A DNA stretch of 64,000 nucleotides, from the IMG/VR virus record IMGVR_UViG_3300028678_000003, one strand, 5' to 3'. The notes under the pieces were generated by a model that was not told the DNA's origin, did no database searches, and saw only the letters and a program-made list of their open reading frames with translations. A program made the position numbers and the translations under genes. Origin of the DNA: an uncultured virus (IMG/VR IMGVR_UViG_3300028678_000003) (lineage: Duplodnaviria > Heunggongvirae > Uroviricota > Caudoviricetes). Positions 1-9,862 of the stretch are shown piece by piece (the first letter of the stretch is position 1; the number at the start of each line of letters is the position of its first letter).

Positions 1-1129
1 CCGCGTTATCGTATATCAAATTACCATCTAAATTACGAATAACAAACCCTCTAATCCTAGGCAATTGTCCGATAGGTACATTTATATCAAATCGGGGTAA
101 AAAGTTTGTATCGGGCACGTAACGGACTCCACCTGTATTTTTAGCAATAAATAATAAATTTTCCCATTCAATTTTATTTCCGTCTTTCCAAAATCTGTAA
201 TCGAATAACTTCGACATTTGTATTTGAAGATCTTTTCTAACAACATCTATGTCCGACGATGGGTCGATATCAAGCCTGAATTGAACATCCAATAAAAACC
301 ATTTTACATTGTTCAGTTGCAAAGAGAATGTTGAAGCGTCGGAAGAATTTAAAAATTCGTTTATGGATAAATATTCTTCAGACCTAGAAACCATTTCATT
401 TATTTCATCAGATGTGAAATCTTGACCATTACAAGGAACAATTGTTAAGTTTAATTTTCCAGAACCGTCAACTCCGCCCTTTAAAACTCTCAATACATTA
501 TTATTGATTTTCATCAAAATCTGTTCGATATACGATACTGTATCCCTCGCTAATTGATTGACGCTTTCTTTAATCCTTACCCGATACGTTTCATCGCTCT
601 CAAAATCAGATCCCCCCGTGGCTTGATACTCATTTGTGCACGATATATGTCCCTGAGGAATTATTGTCATTCTATTTATAGACACTGGCCCGACGTTCGT
701 TTGCATCCCAGTGGATTCGCTTTTTACTTTAGCATATTCAAACCCTTGTATACCGATTGTGACGTCTTTTTCTAACGAAAATCTCACTCCGCTTGTGCTT
801 AAAAATTGGTTATCTGCAGATGAATAATAAGTACCTTTATCGGCGACTAATCTAATATAAGTTGAACTCCCTGAAGCTGTAAATCTTTCCGAAACCCCTC
901 TTCTTTTTGCGGCTTCGTCTAAATAGCTACCATAAGAAGAATCAGGGAATATATGACCTTCAATTATCGCTTGATTCGTCAAACATTTTTGACCTATTTT
1001 AGCAACTCCGTAACCAATTCCGCTTAAGACTGACTCATTTGAAATGTCATTTACCTTATCAGTTTTGTTTAAGAATATTTCCAAAAATATTTGCTTTAAT
1101 TCTTGCGCTGTACTTATTTTAGTTATCAT
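1..1129 (-). CDS. Baseplate J-like wedge protein (partial, runs off the window start)
   Basis: ATG at 1129 overlaps the upstream stop (ATGA). It translates MITKISTAQELKQIFLEIFLNKTDKVNDISNESVL...SYGSYLDEAAKRRGV, a typical baseplate J N-terminus. Not in the ORF track. Confidence 0.75.
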   Translation of the reverse strand, partial: MITKISTAQELKQIFLEIFLNKTDKVNDISNESVLSGIGYGVAKIGQKCLTNQAIIEGHIFPDSSYGSYLDEAAKRRGVSERFTASGSSTYIRLVADKGTYYSSADNQFLSTSGVRFSLEKDVTIGIQGFEYAKVKSESTGMQTNVGPVSINRMTIIPQGHISCTNEYQATGGSDFESDETYRVRIKESVNQLARDTVSYIEQILMKINNNVLRVLKGGVDGSGKLNLTIVPCNGQDFTSDEINEMVSRSEEYLSINEFLNSSDASTFSLQLNNVKWFLLDVQFRLDIDPSSDIDVVRKDLQIQMSKLFDYRFWKDGNKIEWENLLFIAKNTGGVRYVPDTNFLPRFDINVPIGQLPRIRGFVIRNLDGNLIYDNA

Positions 1130-2046
1130 ATTGTTATCTTTTGCTCAGTTTTGTAATCATACTTTGTTTTAATGTCGCAAGTCAATGTCATATCTCCTTC
1201 CGAAAATTTAAATCCTTTTACGTTTACATATTCAAACAAATCATTTTGCATAAATATATTCGTTATGTCCTCCACTAAAATGGGATATGAAAATTGTTTA
1301 ACCGTACTGCCCGATATTAACGACATATCCTTCCCAAATAATGGGTTTTCGGGAACATCCCCTCGATTTAATTCTAACAATATAGCGCACTTTTGGTCAA
1401 TGTTATCTTTGTATAAAACAATATCTAAATCATTGTCTACAAAAGTTATATTTTTACAAATATCTTTGCCATAAATTCTTTCTCCGATAGGCTGGTCTAA
1501 GATTGTAGTAACCACAATATCAGTGGCATTGTTAACGAACGCGCTTATAGATTTTAATTCATCAATTTCCCAATCTGATTCGTTCAAATCGTTATTCAAC
1601 ATCAAGTCTATCCAGTCAGAATTTTCTCCGCTTACATTCTTGATTGAATTAGCCACTTCTTCCATTGTTCTCAACCCCCCTACTGTCGTGTCAACTTGTA
1701 TGTAAGGTTTATACCCGTATTTGGTTTTTGAAGTCCTTAAAAACTTTGGTAATTTGTTTATTTTTTCAACAGCGGCTGTCAATGCTTCGACCAACTCCAT
1801 TAGTTCCCAATAACCGCAGGTTGAAAACTTAGACGAGAAATTCTTAAACTGAACCCCCAACGTTACACAGTCTTTTGTCAGCTTAGATAAAAAGTTTAAA
1901 TGTGTATTATCAATTTCGTCTGTTTCCCCTGAATAATATTGAAGCACTATTGGATACGAATTTAGCATGAATAAACGATAGTCATTCAAGAATTTCAATA
2001 AAGGATATTTTGTTACTTTTTCAAATTCGTATATTATTGAATCCAT
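1126..2046 (-). CDS. Baseplate protein (C-terminus resembles a gp25-like wedge/sheath initiator)
   Basis: 306 aa, directly before baseplate J. C-terminal RGDVPENPLFG motif. Confidence 0.5.
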   Translation of the reverse strand: MDSIIYEFEKVTKYPLLKFLNDYRLFMLNSYPIVLQYYSGETDEIDNTHLNFLSKLTKDCVTLGVQFKNFSSKFSTCGYWELMELVEALTAAVEKINKLPKFLRTSKTKYGYKPYIQVDTTVGGLRTMEEVANSIKNVSGENSDWIDLMLNNDLNESDWEIDELKSISAFVNNATDIVVTTILDQPIGERIYGKDICKNITFVDNDLDIVLYKDNIDQKCAILLELNRGDVPENPLFGKDMSLISGSTVKQFSYPILVEDITNIFMQNDLFEYVNVKGFKFSEGDMTLTCDIKTKYDYKTEQKITI

Positions 2047-2049
2047 CTT

Positions 2050-2814
2050 TTATATTTTTAATGCCATCCCGTAATTTTTGATTGCGCTCGTAACTAAATT
2101 ATTTAATAATTTTGCTATTTGAGAACTTGCAACCGTTGTTAGAAATTTCTTCATGTCTTTGTTGCCGGAATAATCGCTCTTCACCATATTTCCGTCGGCG
2201 ACTGCTTTTAGTTCTACTGAGTAAAACCAAAGCATATTGTTTTCAACCCCCTGAGAAAACGATTGTTGTAAAGGCTCAACCACGTATGAAGAATTTAACG
2301 CGTAATTATTAAATATGAGAATATGTGGTTTATTTTTATCGTCTAACTTCCAAGCTGACTCAAGAATATTCTCCATCATTTTCAGAAGCCCGAACCCAGT
2401 TTTTATTAACAAGTTTTCTTTTCCTATTTTTACGCCAGTATTCCCCCCGAAGAATGGGATAGTTGACACATTACCCGTTGCTTGAACTCCAGTAACTAAA
2501 CGCAATTTTCTACCAAAGCAACCCTGCAAAGATATATCTCGTGGAGAAAACGAGTCACTAAATAAAGTAGTTATTCCCGTATTTGTTTTTGTTATAGTAG
2601 CAACTTGCGTTTTAGAGTCCATTACGTTATTAGGCATAACCGTAAAAGTCATATAACCCTTTGTTATTCCGGAGCTGTCAATTAATTCCAAAGAACATAA
2701 ATAATATTCTATTTCATCTGGATATAAAGCGTGTAAAGCGGCACGCCCCATAGACGATGTCGCTGAAGCTAAATTAGTAGCCGCACTGTTTAATCCATTA
2801 GAGAATAAATCCAT
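2050..2814 (-). CDS. Putative baseplate/tube-initiator virion protein
   Basis: 254 aa in the baseplate cluster. FTVMP and ISLQG beta-rich motifs. Confidence 0.4.
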   Translation of the reverse strand: MDLFSNGLNSAATNLASATSSMGRAALHALYPDEIEYYLCSLELIDSSGITKGYMTFTVMPNNVMDSKTQVATITKTNTGITTLFSDSFSPRDISLQGCFGRKLRLVTGVQATGNVSTIPFFGGNTGVKIGKENLLIKTGFGLLKMMENILESAWKLDDKNKPHILIFNNYALNSSYVVEPLQQSFSQGVENNMLWFYSVELKAVADGNMVKSDYSGNKDMKKFLTTVASSQIAKLLNNLVTSAIKNYGMALKI

Positions 2815-2815
2815 A

Positions 2816-3712
2816 TTAATCTGTATTTGAAAGCTTAGACAACAAACTGCTGAGTTTACCTTTAATAGTTGTTAATTTTAATACCGATGGCGGGGATGGA
2901 ACGGCTGTAGGCAATGAAACTGCTAGCACCATAGTTGATATTGTGTCAATTAATTCTCCTAATAATTCGTTCAAAGAATTTCCTAAAACTAATGGTTGTT
3001 TGCCCGAACCCAGATTTATGGATTTTGATTCAAGTTTTATTTCGTTATTCAGCGCGGTTATTTTATTATCAAATTCATCGATGTAAGTAAGACCTTCTCC
3101 CAACACATACTTTATACTACCTTTCGTTACACCTTCTTCAGTAACGCTTAAATTTAGACTACCACTTGTACTTATGTTTATTTCTTTGTCTGAAGTTATG
3201 TTGAGTTGGTTATCGCAATAAATATCAACTAACGAATCTTCATTTTCGCTGTTTATCTTTATTTGCAAATTTGATGGGCTGTCTTTATCTCCTAATAAAC
3301 TAATTTGCAAAAGTGATTCTTCGCCATTCATGAAAAATTCGACAGTCTTTGAAGAACCGTTTCCTCGCACTAAGCGATATTGGTTCTTCCCCATTGAAAA
3401 ACCGTCCCCCTCTTTTGTTAGATAAGCCACTATAACAGGCAATCCAGACACTCCATCTTTTATCCAGATTACGGGAGTACCTAAATCCCCCTCATGTGGA
3501 AAATGTATGTTACTGATTACTTGTTCAGGACAAAGTACGTTATTAAAAAAGCCGTATCCCCGTCCTCCTTGCATAGTTAATCTATGGGTGGAATAACAAT
3601 CGTTTATGTACTCTTCTCGCTCATTTTCATCAGGCACCACTACATAACCTACTCCACCGCTGCCAATGTCAAGGTTGTTATTGTGTATTCCTAGTATATC
3701 TTTTTGTTGCAT
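2816..3712 (-). CDS. Putative baseplate central spike protein
   Basis: 298 aa downstream of the hub genes. Beta-repeat region and INLGSGKQPLVLGNSL C-terminus resemble phage spike proteins. Confidence 0.5.
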   Translation of the reverse strand: MQQKDILGIHNNNLDIGSGGVGYVVVPDENEREEYINDCYSTHRLTMQGGRGYGFFNNVLCPEQVISNIHFPHEGDLGTPVIWIKDGVSGLPVIVAYLTKEGDGFSMGKNQYRLVRGNGSSKTVEFFMNGEESLLQISLLGDKDSPSNLQIKINSENEDSLVDIYCDNQLNITSDKEINISTSGSLNLSVTEEGVTKGSIKYVLGEGLTYIDEFDNKITALNNEIKLESKSINLGSGKQPLVLGNSLNELLGELIDTISTMVLAVSLPTAVPSPPSVLKLTTIKGKLSSLLSKLSNTD

Positions 3713-3716
3713 AGTA

Positions 3717-5270
3717 TTACATATTTCTTTGTCTGCCGTGAGTTATCAATTGTTCTTTTCTCATAAAATAACCGAATACTTCTTTGTTAACCTTCCATTT
3801 TGACATTACTTTTTGCCAATTGCTTTCAGTTATTTTTTCTTTATTTGTGCCAAAATCTATTATATTAAAATAGTTGTGTCCGTCTACCCCCTCGACAAAC
3901 TCTTGGTACATTCCACGTGATACGCCTAAAACTGTTTTTCTCGTTATTCCGTTACTGCTAATACTCCACTCATTTGTAACGCTATCAATGTAGAAAATTT
4001 CTCCAGAGGTATGTAAAACCAACGTTCCCTTTTTGTATCGGCGATCTCCGTTTAAAGTTATGGTTCCTCGTCGTGTGAACGGAGCATAAGCGTTACATTC
4101 TATAAGATATTGCAAATCGGAGAAAGCGGCTTGTATAGTATTGTCGTCGTTTGTTTTATTTTTATCAGAATTGTATTTTCCTCTTCCGACCCAAGTGTAG
4201 TAATTGCTTTCAACTGCTAATGGCTTAGAGCCCCATATGGATGCGTACTCTGGAAAGAATACAGCTGGAACTAACGAGGATAATTCAAACTCGCCGAGTT
4301 GAAGTTGATACTTTGGCATATATTGATACCATGAATAAATACCCTCGGTATTCCAATCTAAAGAAGTTGACACAATATCATCAGGGTTAATTTCCAACAT
4401 TGCAAGTTCCATCATATTAACAATTCCTTCTTTGTCGAATGGCGGTTTTCTAGCGATCAAATAATATTGGTCTCCATAAGTATCTCCAAAAAATTCTACC
4501 ATGGGTTCTTGGCAAACTTTGTGAAAAAAATTAAGCAAAGACCCTTGTTGTGAAGCTATACTGGAGTCTACAACTTGCTTGTTTGATATTGAACTATCCA
4601 TAACCAACTTGACAATTCCCCAAATGCCTGCAGCCGCGCGCATAGAAGCCGTGGTATTGTTAGGAGTTATGACGTCCAATTTTTCAGTAGCATTTTCTAT
4701 TGTAGTTTGAGGCACTACATTCGCTATTTTATCTGATATCGAAACGAAGTCGGTTTCCCAAACCATATACCCACCAGGAACAGAAGTGTCGTAAACACCT
4801 CCTTTGCCGTAAACTTTATTAGTTTTTTGTATAATAAGTTTATGATACATCAAGAAATCTATTGGGTCTATCGGAGTGGAAATATGCCTCATCTCCAGAT
4901 GTAAATGTGGCCCAGTGGAATGCCCAGAATTACCCGTTTTACCTAAATATTCTCCAATTTTTATATCATCTCCTAACGATATTCTTGAAGATATGGAGCT
5001 CAAATGCGCAAAATATATGTCTATATAATCGCCAGTCATAATTTCATAGCGCACCACTACATGTTTACCGTATCCTTTTACTTCGTTGGCTATCTTTTTG
5101 ATTACTCCATTAAGCGGGCAAGCGATAGAGATGCCAATTGGCGTTCCTATATCTATCCCCTTGTGATACTTATCTCCCCTCTTAGCTCCAAACATACTGG
5201 TTATTCTAAAAGTAGGATATCCCACTAAAAAATTTTTCAAAAACACTGGGGCTTGAAGAATTGCGTTCAT
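3717..5270 (-). CDS. M23 metallopeptidase fused to the C-terminal part of a baseplate hub protein
   Basis: HKGID, YFAHL and GNSGHSTGPHLHLE are M23 motifs. C-terminal GTITLNGD...FYIDSV...LGVSRG is hub-like. Confidence 0.8.
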   Translation of the reverse strand: MNAILQAPVFLKNFLVGYPTFRITSMFGAKRGDKYHKGIDIGTPIGISIACPLNGVIKKIANEVKGYGKHVVVRYEIMTGDYIDIYFAHLSSISSRISLGDDIKIGEYLGKTGNSGHSTGPHLHLEMRHISTPIDPIDFLMYHKLIIQKTNKVYGKGGVYDTSVPGGYMVWETDFVSISDKIANVVPQTTIENATEKLDVITPNNTTASMRAAAGIWGIVKLVMDSSISNKQVVDSSIASQQGSLLNFFHKVCQEPMVEFFGDTYGDQYYLIARKPPFDKEGIVNMMELAMLEINPDDIVSTSLDWNTEGIYSWYQYMPKYQLQLGEFELSSLVPAVFFPEYASIWGSKPLAVESNYYTWVGRGKYNSDKNKTNDDNTIQAAFSDLQYLIECNAYAPFTRRGTITLNGDRRYKKGTLVLHTSGEIFYIDSVTNEWSISSNGITRKTVLGVSRGMYQEFVEGVDGHNYFNIIDFGTNKEKITESNWQKVMSKWKVNKEVFGYFMRKEQLITHGRQRNM

Positions 5271-6562
5271 TACTTTTTAGGCTTTAAATCAATAAATTTA
5301 GTTCGTCTATCTCCATACGAATCAAATACGTAATTAGGTACAACTTCTACATTTGACAATTGAGACACAACCCCCTTGAGTATGTAATCTAAATCCATAT
5401 TTATTTTGTTTCTGAATATGTCTATTTCTGTCGAGTCCAAGCGCATTCTAAAAATGGGATTATTTTGAGTTCCGTTTACAAAATTTATGTCTTTTGCATC
5501 ACCTTGCGTTTCGTTAGCGAATACTGAAGAAGTAGATTTTGTAGTTGACACATTAAAGAAGAAAGACCCGTCCTCAATTAATAGCTTCATTAAGTCCCTC
5601 CCAGTGACCTCTACATGAGCTTGAGACGTAACGTTATCGGTAACCACTTTTACGCTATCTACCAGCGCTATCATGTCGTAAACCTGCCCCGCTATTTTTG
5701 TTTCTAAATCAAAGCTATCAGAGTCAGCATTTTTATCCTTTCTTATCTTTTCCATTTCAAGTTCTTCAAAACTTATAAACAAAAGATCTTGAGAAGAAAT
5801 TAACCAATTAAAATAGTTAGATTCAATGCTGGAAAACGGAGTTTTGCTATAAAATTCTTTACCCTTTTCGTAAAAAGATTTAGAGCCAAATTCGTTGTCC
5901 TTGACGGCTTGTCGATAGACTTTATCCTTCCCGTTAACTTTAGTGAAATAGTCATCAACTGCCGCCGTATTGATTATCGGCAATGTGAGTGTGAAACTTC
6001 CCCCTTCAGCGGTTGATGAAGTGCTAAGACTGATTAAATATCTGCTCAAATCGACATATTGACCTATGCCCTTGCCCGTGTAAACTAATTTGTCTTTCTT
6101 AGATTCGGTAATGTAGTACAAACTCTTGAACCAGCCAAATACTTGACAAGTTGGATTCCTTTTGCTTAAACCATTTGCTCTATAACCTTCGTTTTGATAT
6201 ATTTTTTGTATTTCAGCATGGGCAAAGGCTACAAATTTTTCGTCATCTATTTGAAAATTAGTTTGACTTATGGCAAGTTCACGAGTAACTTTTGTTGGAT
6301 TAATCCTTAAATTACACGGACAAGGCAAAGTCATATTTGCGCTTAAATCGCTAACCGTTGGCCAATTCTTTTTGCCATTAGATTTAGACCATGCTGTTTT
6401 GTCAAAAGCCGTCATCTGTCTAAAAATTAAAGCGCGGTTACTTTCAAAAAAATCCTTTTCTGAAATAGCATACACGCCAGACCGTTCCATAAAATCAGCT
6501 ATGGTTTTTACGCTCGAGTTATTATGACGCAGAAAAATATATTTGTTGTTGTTTTTTGCCAT
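5270..6562 (-). CDS. Baseplate hub-like protein, N-terminal part
   Basis: GSFTLTLP and VEVTGRDLMKLL motifs typical of hub/gpD-like proteins. Follows the tape measure gene. Confidence 0.55.
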   Translation of the reverse strand: MAKNNNKYIFLRHNNSSVKTIADFMERSGVYAISEKDFFESNRALIFRQMTAFDKTAWSKSNGKKNWPTVSDLSANMTLPCPCNLRINPTKVTRELAISQTNFQIDDEKFVAFAHAEIQKIYQNEGYRANGLSKRNPTCQVFGWFKSLYYITESKKDKLVYTGKGIGQYVDLSRYLISLSTSSTAEGGSFTLTLPIINTAAVDDYFTKVNGKDKVYRQAVKDNEFGSKSFYEKGKEFYSKTPFSSIESNYFNWLISSQDLLFISFEELEMEKIRKDKNADSDSFDLETKIAGQVYDMIALVDSVKVVTDNVTSQAHVEVTGRDLMKLLIEDGSFFFNVSTTKSTSSVFANETQGDAKDINFVNGTQNNPIFRMRLDSTEIDIFRNKINMDLDYILKGVVSQLSNVEVVPNYVFDSYGDRRTKFIDLKPKK

Positions 6563-6564
6563 TG

Positions 6565-8565
6565 TTAATGTGCGCCTGCTCTACCTGTTGCGGGTGCCGC
6601 TGGAGTAGGATGGTCTGTTGTCAAGTGAGTATAAATATTAGCCACTGATTCTTTTATCCCCGCGAACATTTTAGTCCATTGGTCATTAAGTTGTGTGGTA
6701 TTTTGAACCATGTTGTCTTTGAAGTTATTTGTGGCAGCTTGTTCCTCGGTGTTTTTTGTAGCGTCTGACCTTAATACCTTACTGGCATCTCCGCCATTGG
6801 TAAATGCCTTTTGATAAGCGTCCATTCTTTCAGGAGCTATGTTAGGGAATAAACTTTTTAAAGTAAAGTACCCTAATGTAGTATCGGTTCCGCCATTTTG
6901 ATTTTTAAGACGTTGCATGACAGATTGTATTATTTTGCCCTCATTATCCGGATTTCTCAAATCTCTGTCCAATAAATCCATCCTCCCCTTTGACTTAGGG
7001 AATAAATCTGATACTGAACTGTAAACCAAAGCCTTCATTCTATCGTTTTGCGGGTTTTGAATCATGCCCTGAAATGAAGCGATGTCTGAACCTAAGCGCT
7101 TATCTTGAGTTATGCCATTTACCGAAGAAAATGCTTGCAACATGTGGTTAGCTACGTTGTAGTTTGGTTTGTCGGACCTGTCCATGTAGCTTCCCATTAC
7201 TTGTTGTTGTATGTCAAATTTTTCTTGAACCCGAGTGAAATCATCTCCACTAACCCCAGAACCCTTAATACCAGAAAGAACCGTAACCATTCTTGCTAGC
7301 GCGTCTGTTACATTTATCCCGTATCGGTCATATTGTCCGCCCTCAGTTAGAGCTCCAGATTTCATTCCTAACGATTTTTCCATCCCGTAACCTTGTATAG
7401 TCTGGTTATACCAATCGTCAGCCGTTCCCCTAGACCTTATTCGGTCGGCTGCTAAACCACCAAATTCTCCTCTATCCATACCGAAACCAACATATCTTTC
7501 TCCTAACTCACCGCCAGTGTCCATCCCGTTCTTCAAATAATCCCAAGATTCACTTCCGCTTCTACCGCCCGTGGCGGCATTCATTCCAGCTAAATTTAAC
7601 AAACCCTTATTTGATTCACGACCACTCGTCATAGTTCCTATTAGCGCAGCAGCAACTCCAACAACAGCGTTCATTTTTAAAGCCATCTGAGCTGTCATCC
7701 CAGCTATCGAAGTTACTCCCATAGAAGCCCCCATCATCATTTCAGGTATGCTGCCTGAAGTGGCTCCATTCACTAGCGTTGTCATTCCTTGAGCTCCCAT
7801 CAATGTTCGGTCAAATACTGGATTTGACTTACCACCTCCCATTGCTCTTGCTATTTTCCCGTCGTATTCTTCAACGCGTTTTTGAGCGGCTGTCGCTTCT
7901 TCTGAAGTCATAGCATTATCCCTGTCGTGCATGGCATCTTTTCTGCCTTCACGCATTTTATTCAAAAAAGAGTTAGGGTCTGTTCCGCCCCTTCCGCTGG
8001 TTATTTCGTCGGTCAATGCTTTTATTGCTTCGACTAAATCCAATTCAGCATTTTTCTTTTCCCCCGCCTCATCGGCGCTTATTTGTTCGTCTTCTTTGTC
8101 GTACTTTTTCCCTATTTTTTCATACTCTCCGTCCCTTAATTTTTCATATTGTTGGTCAATATTTTTTTTGTGTAACGGGTCATTTTCGTATGCCCCTCCC
8201 ATAGAAGCAATGCGTTTTGCTTTTTCAATTTCAACCTGTTTATCAACGTTATCGTAATCGTTGCCCATTCGACTTTGCATGTCTGCGCGGCGAGCGTTGT
8301 ATTTATCTGTTATATCTTGATTGGTTCGGTCTGATTCAATTTTCTTTACGTTTTCAATGGCTTCTTTAGCGCCCATTCCGCGTTGCTGCTGAATCTCGTT
8401 ACGCACTTCGTCTATCAAACGAGTATCTGGCGCTAACGAACCTCTGCTACCTTGAGCGCCATCTTGACCTATCCGTTCGGCGTCAGGGCGACTTCCTGAT
8501 ACGCTATCAATTTCTTGCTTTAGTTGTTCGGCGTTTCCCCGTATATTTACTACTACATCTCCCAT
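6565..8565 (-). CDS. Tape measure protein
   Basis: 666 aa, Ala/Gly-rich and helical with a hydrophobic segment. Directly after the tail chaperone genes. Confidence 0.7.
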   Translation of the reverse strand: MGDVVVNIRGNAEQLKQEIDSVSGSRPDAERIGQDGAQGSRGSLAPDTRLIDEVRNEIQQQRGMGAKEAIENVKKIESDRTNQDITDKYNARRADMQSRMGNDYDNVDKQVEIEKAKRIASMGGAYENDPLHKKNIDQQYEKLRDGEYEKIGKKYDKEDEQISADEAGEKKNAELDLVEAIKALTDEITSGRGGTDPNSFLNKMREGRKDAMHDRDNAMTSEEATAAQKRVEEYDGKIARAMGGGKSNPVFDRTLMGAQGMTTLVNGATSGSIPEMMMGASMGVTSIAGMTAQMALKMNAVVGVAAALIGTMTSGRESNKGLLNLAGMNAATGGRSGSESWDYLKNGMDTGGELGERYVGFGMDRGEFGGLAADRIRSRGTADDWYNQTIQGYGMEKSLGMKSGALTEGGQYDRYGINVTDALARMVTVLSGIKGSGVSGDDFTRVQEKFDIQQQVMGSYMDRSDKPNYNVANHMLQAFSSVNGITQDKRLGSDIASFQGMIQNPQNDRMKALVYSSVSDLFPKSKGRMDLLDRDLRNPDNEGKIIQSVMQRLKNQNGGTDTTLGYFTLKSLFPNIAPERMDAYQKAFTNGGDASKVLRSDATKNTEEQAATNNFKDNMVQNTTQLNDQWTKMFAGIKESVANIYTHLTTDHPTPAAPATGRAGAH

Positions 8566-8567
8566 TA

Positions 8568-8897
8568 TTATTCTTTTTTATCAAATTGAGACAATTCTAA
8601 ATTTTCAAAAGCATCATCAATCTCGGCTTGGCTTAGAACGTTGCTGTCTTTGTTTTCATAATAACCTACCGATTCATAATCCTTATCGCTTACATCATTG
8701 GATTTAGATATCCTCTTGTTTATATCTAGCTCTTCTTGATAGTCGATAAGCATATCTATGAAGTTCATTTCACGATGAGTCACGGAACCAAATGGCACAT
8801 TATATTTTTTTCTCCACCAATAATCTATTGGGAAGGAATGCCATTGTTCTAAAAACTCACTCGCCTTCCTTCTCAGTGTCTTCTGCTGTTGCAACAT
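8568..8897 (-). CDS. Tail assembly chaperone-associated protein
   Basis: ATG at 8897 (MLQQQKTLRRKASEF...) lies inside the end of the upstream chaperone gene. Position is between tube and tape measure. Confidence 0.5.
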   Translation of the reverse strand: MLQQQKTLRRKASEFLEQWHSFPIDYWWRKKYNVPFGSVTHREMNFIDMLIDYQEELDINKRISKSNDVSDKDYESVGYYENKDSNVLSQAEIDDAFENLELSQFDKKE

Positions 8898-9255
8898 CTG
8901 GCTCGCTGGATAAATAAAGTTCTCTTGAAACTGATTCGTACCAAGGCAACAATTGTTGTTTATAAAACTCAATAAGCTCTTTAGCGGCCAAAGGATCCAT
9001 TTTTGTGTAATCTTCCAACTCCAACATACGCTTTACTTTAGGGCAAAGTACTTGAATAAATACTATTGCGTCCACTAAATCTAGTGCTAAATACATTGAT
9101 TTAATTCCGGAAGCCGACATAGAACCATAACGATTATTAGTCAATGCTAACTTCATTGATTCCATATCTAGAAGCTGCCCCACGTTAGGGAATTTTACAA
9201 TTAACTTTTCGCCTTTAAATGTACAAGCGTGTTCTTTTTCAATCATAATTTTCAA
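8857..9255 (-). CDS. Tail assembly chaperone
   Basis: 132 aa between the tail tube and tape measure genes. Confidence 0.6.
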   Translation of the reverse strand: MKIMIEKEHACTFKGEKLIVKFPNVGQLLDMESMKLALTNNRYGSMSASGIKSMYLALDLVDAIVFIQVLCPKVKRMLELEDYTKMDPLAAKELIEFYKQQLLPWYESVSRELYLSSEPDVATAEDTEKEGE

Positions 9256-9278
9256 TTTTTATATTAATTCTAATAAAC

Positions 9279-9313
9279 AAAAAGGCACTCCGTTTTTACA
9301 GAGTACCTCTTTT
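9279..9313 (-). terminator. Rho-independent terminator after the tail tube gene
   Basis: Minus strand AGAGGTACTC-loop-GAGTGCCTTTTT. Confidence 0.7.
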
Positions 9314-9329
9314 AATAGTTGATTTCACA

Positions 9330-9833
9330 TTAAAGAACGCTGTTGAACAAAATAGGTTCAAGATACTCAAATTCAGTATCGCGTCCGGAAATTTGCCCTT
9401 CTTGAATATCAAACCCCTCACGGGTTACAAATGCTGCATTAATCTTAGCAAAAGTTTCAAACTTTGCTTTAATTTGACCAGTTTTGATATCGATAGCCCC
9501 GTCTTTTACTTTTCGCATTATAGCTATTTCTAAACCATCTTCTTGCAAAAGTAATGCATTTGTCCAGTCTTCGATGGAAGCCGAATTACGAAAACTACCC
9601 CTGACCATTTTATTAGCCAAAAGATTGAAATTGATAGTGTACGAGGAGCAAGATAAAGAACCGCTCCATTCTACTGGAGGAAGTTCATCTGGGTTGAACC
9701 GACCTATCCCCGTAACCTTGCTTCGGCGGATATTTTCAGTAACTCGAACGCTCTTCATCTTACCGATAGTTATCCCATCGATTTGTATGATTGCGATTGG
9801 CGCCGTCATTACCTTTTCGTTTTTATTAGCCAT
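9330..9833 (-). CDS. Tail tube protein
   Basis: 167 aa directly after the sheath. Ends with EFEYLEP, as in SPO1/Twort-like tubes. Confidence 0.8.
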   Translation of the reverse strand: MANKNEKVMTAPIAIIQIDGITIGKMKSVRVTENIRRSKVTGIGRFNPDELPPVEWSGSLSCSSYTINFNLLANKMVRGSFRNSASIEDWTNALLLQEDGLEIAIMRKVKDGAIDIKTGQIKAKFETFAKINAAFVTREGFDIQEGQISGRDTEFEYLEPILFNSVL

Positions 9834-9862
9834 ATTTGTATGTTTAAAATTTTTTGTTTATA

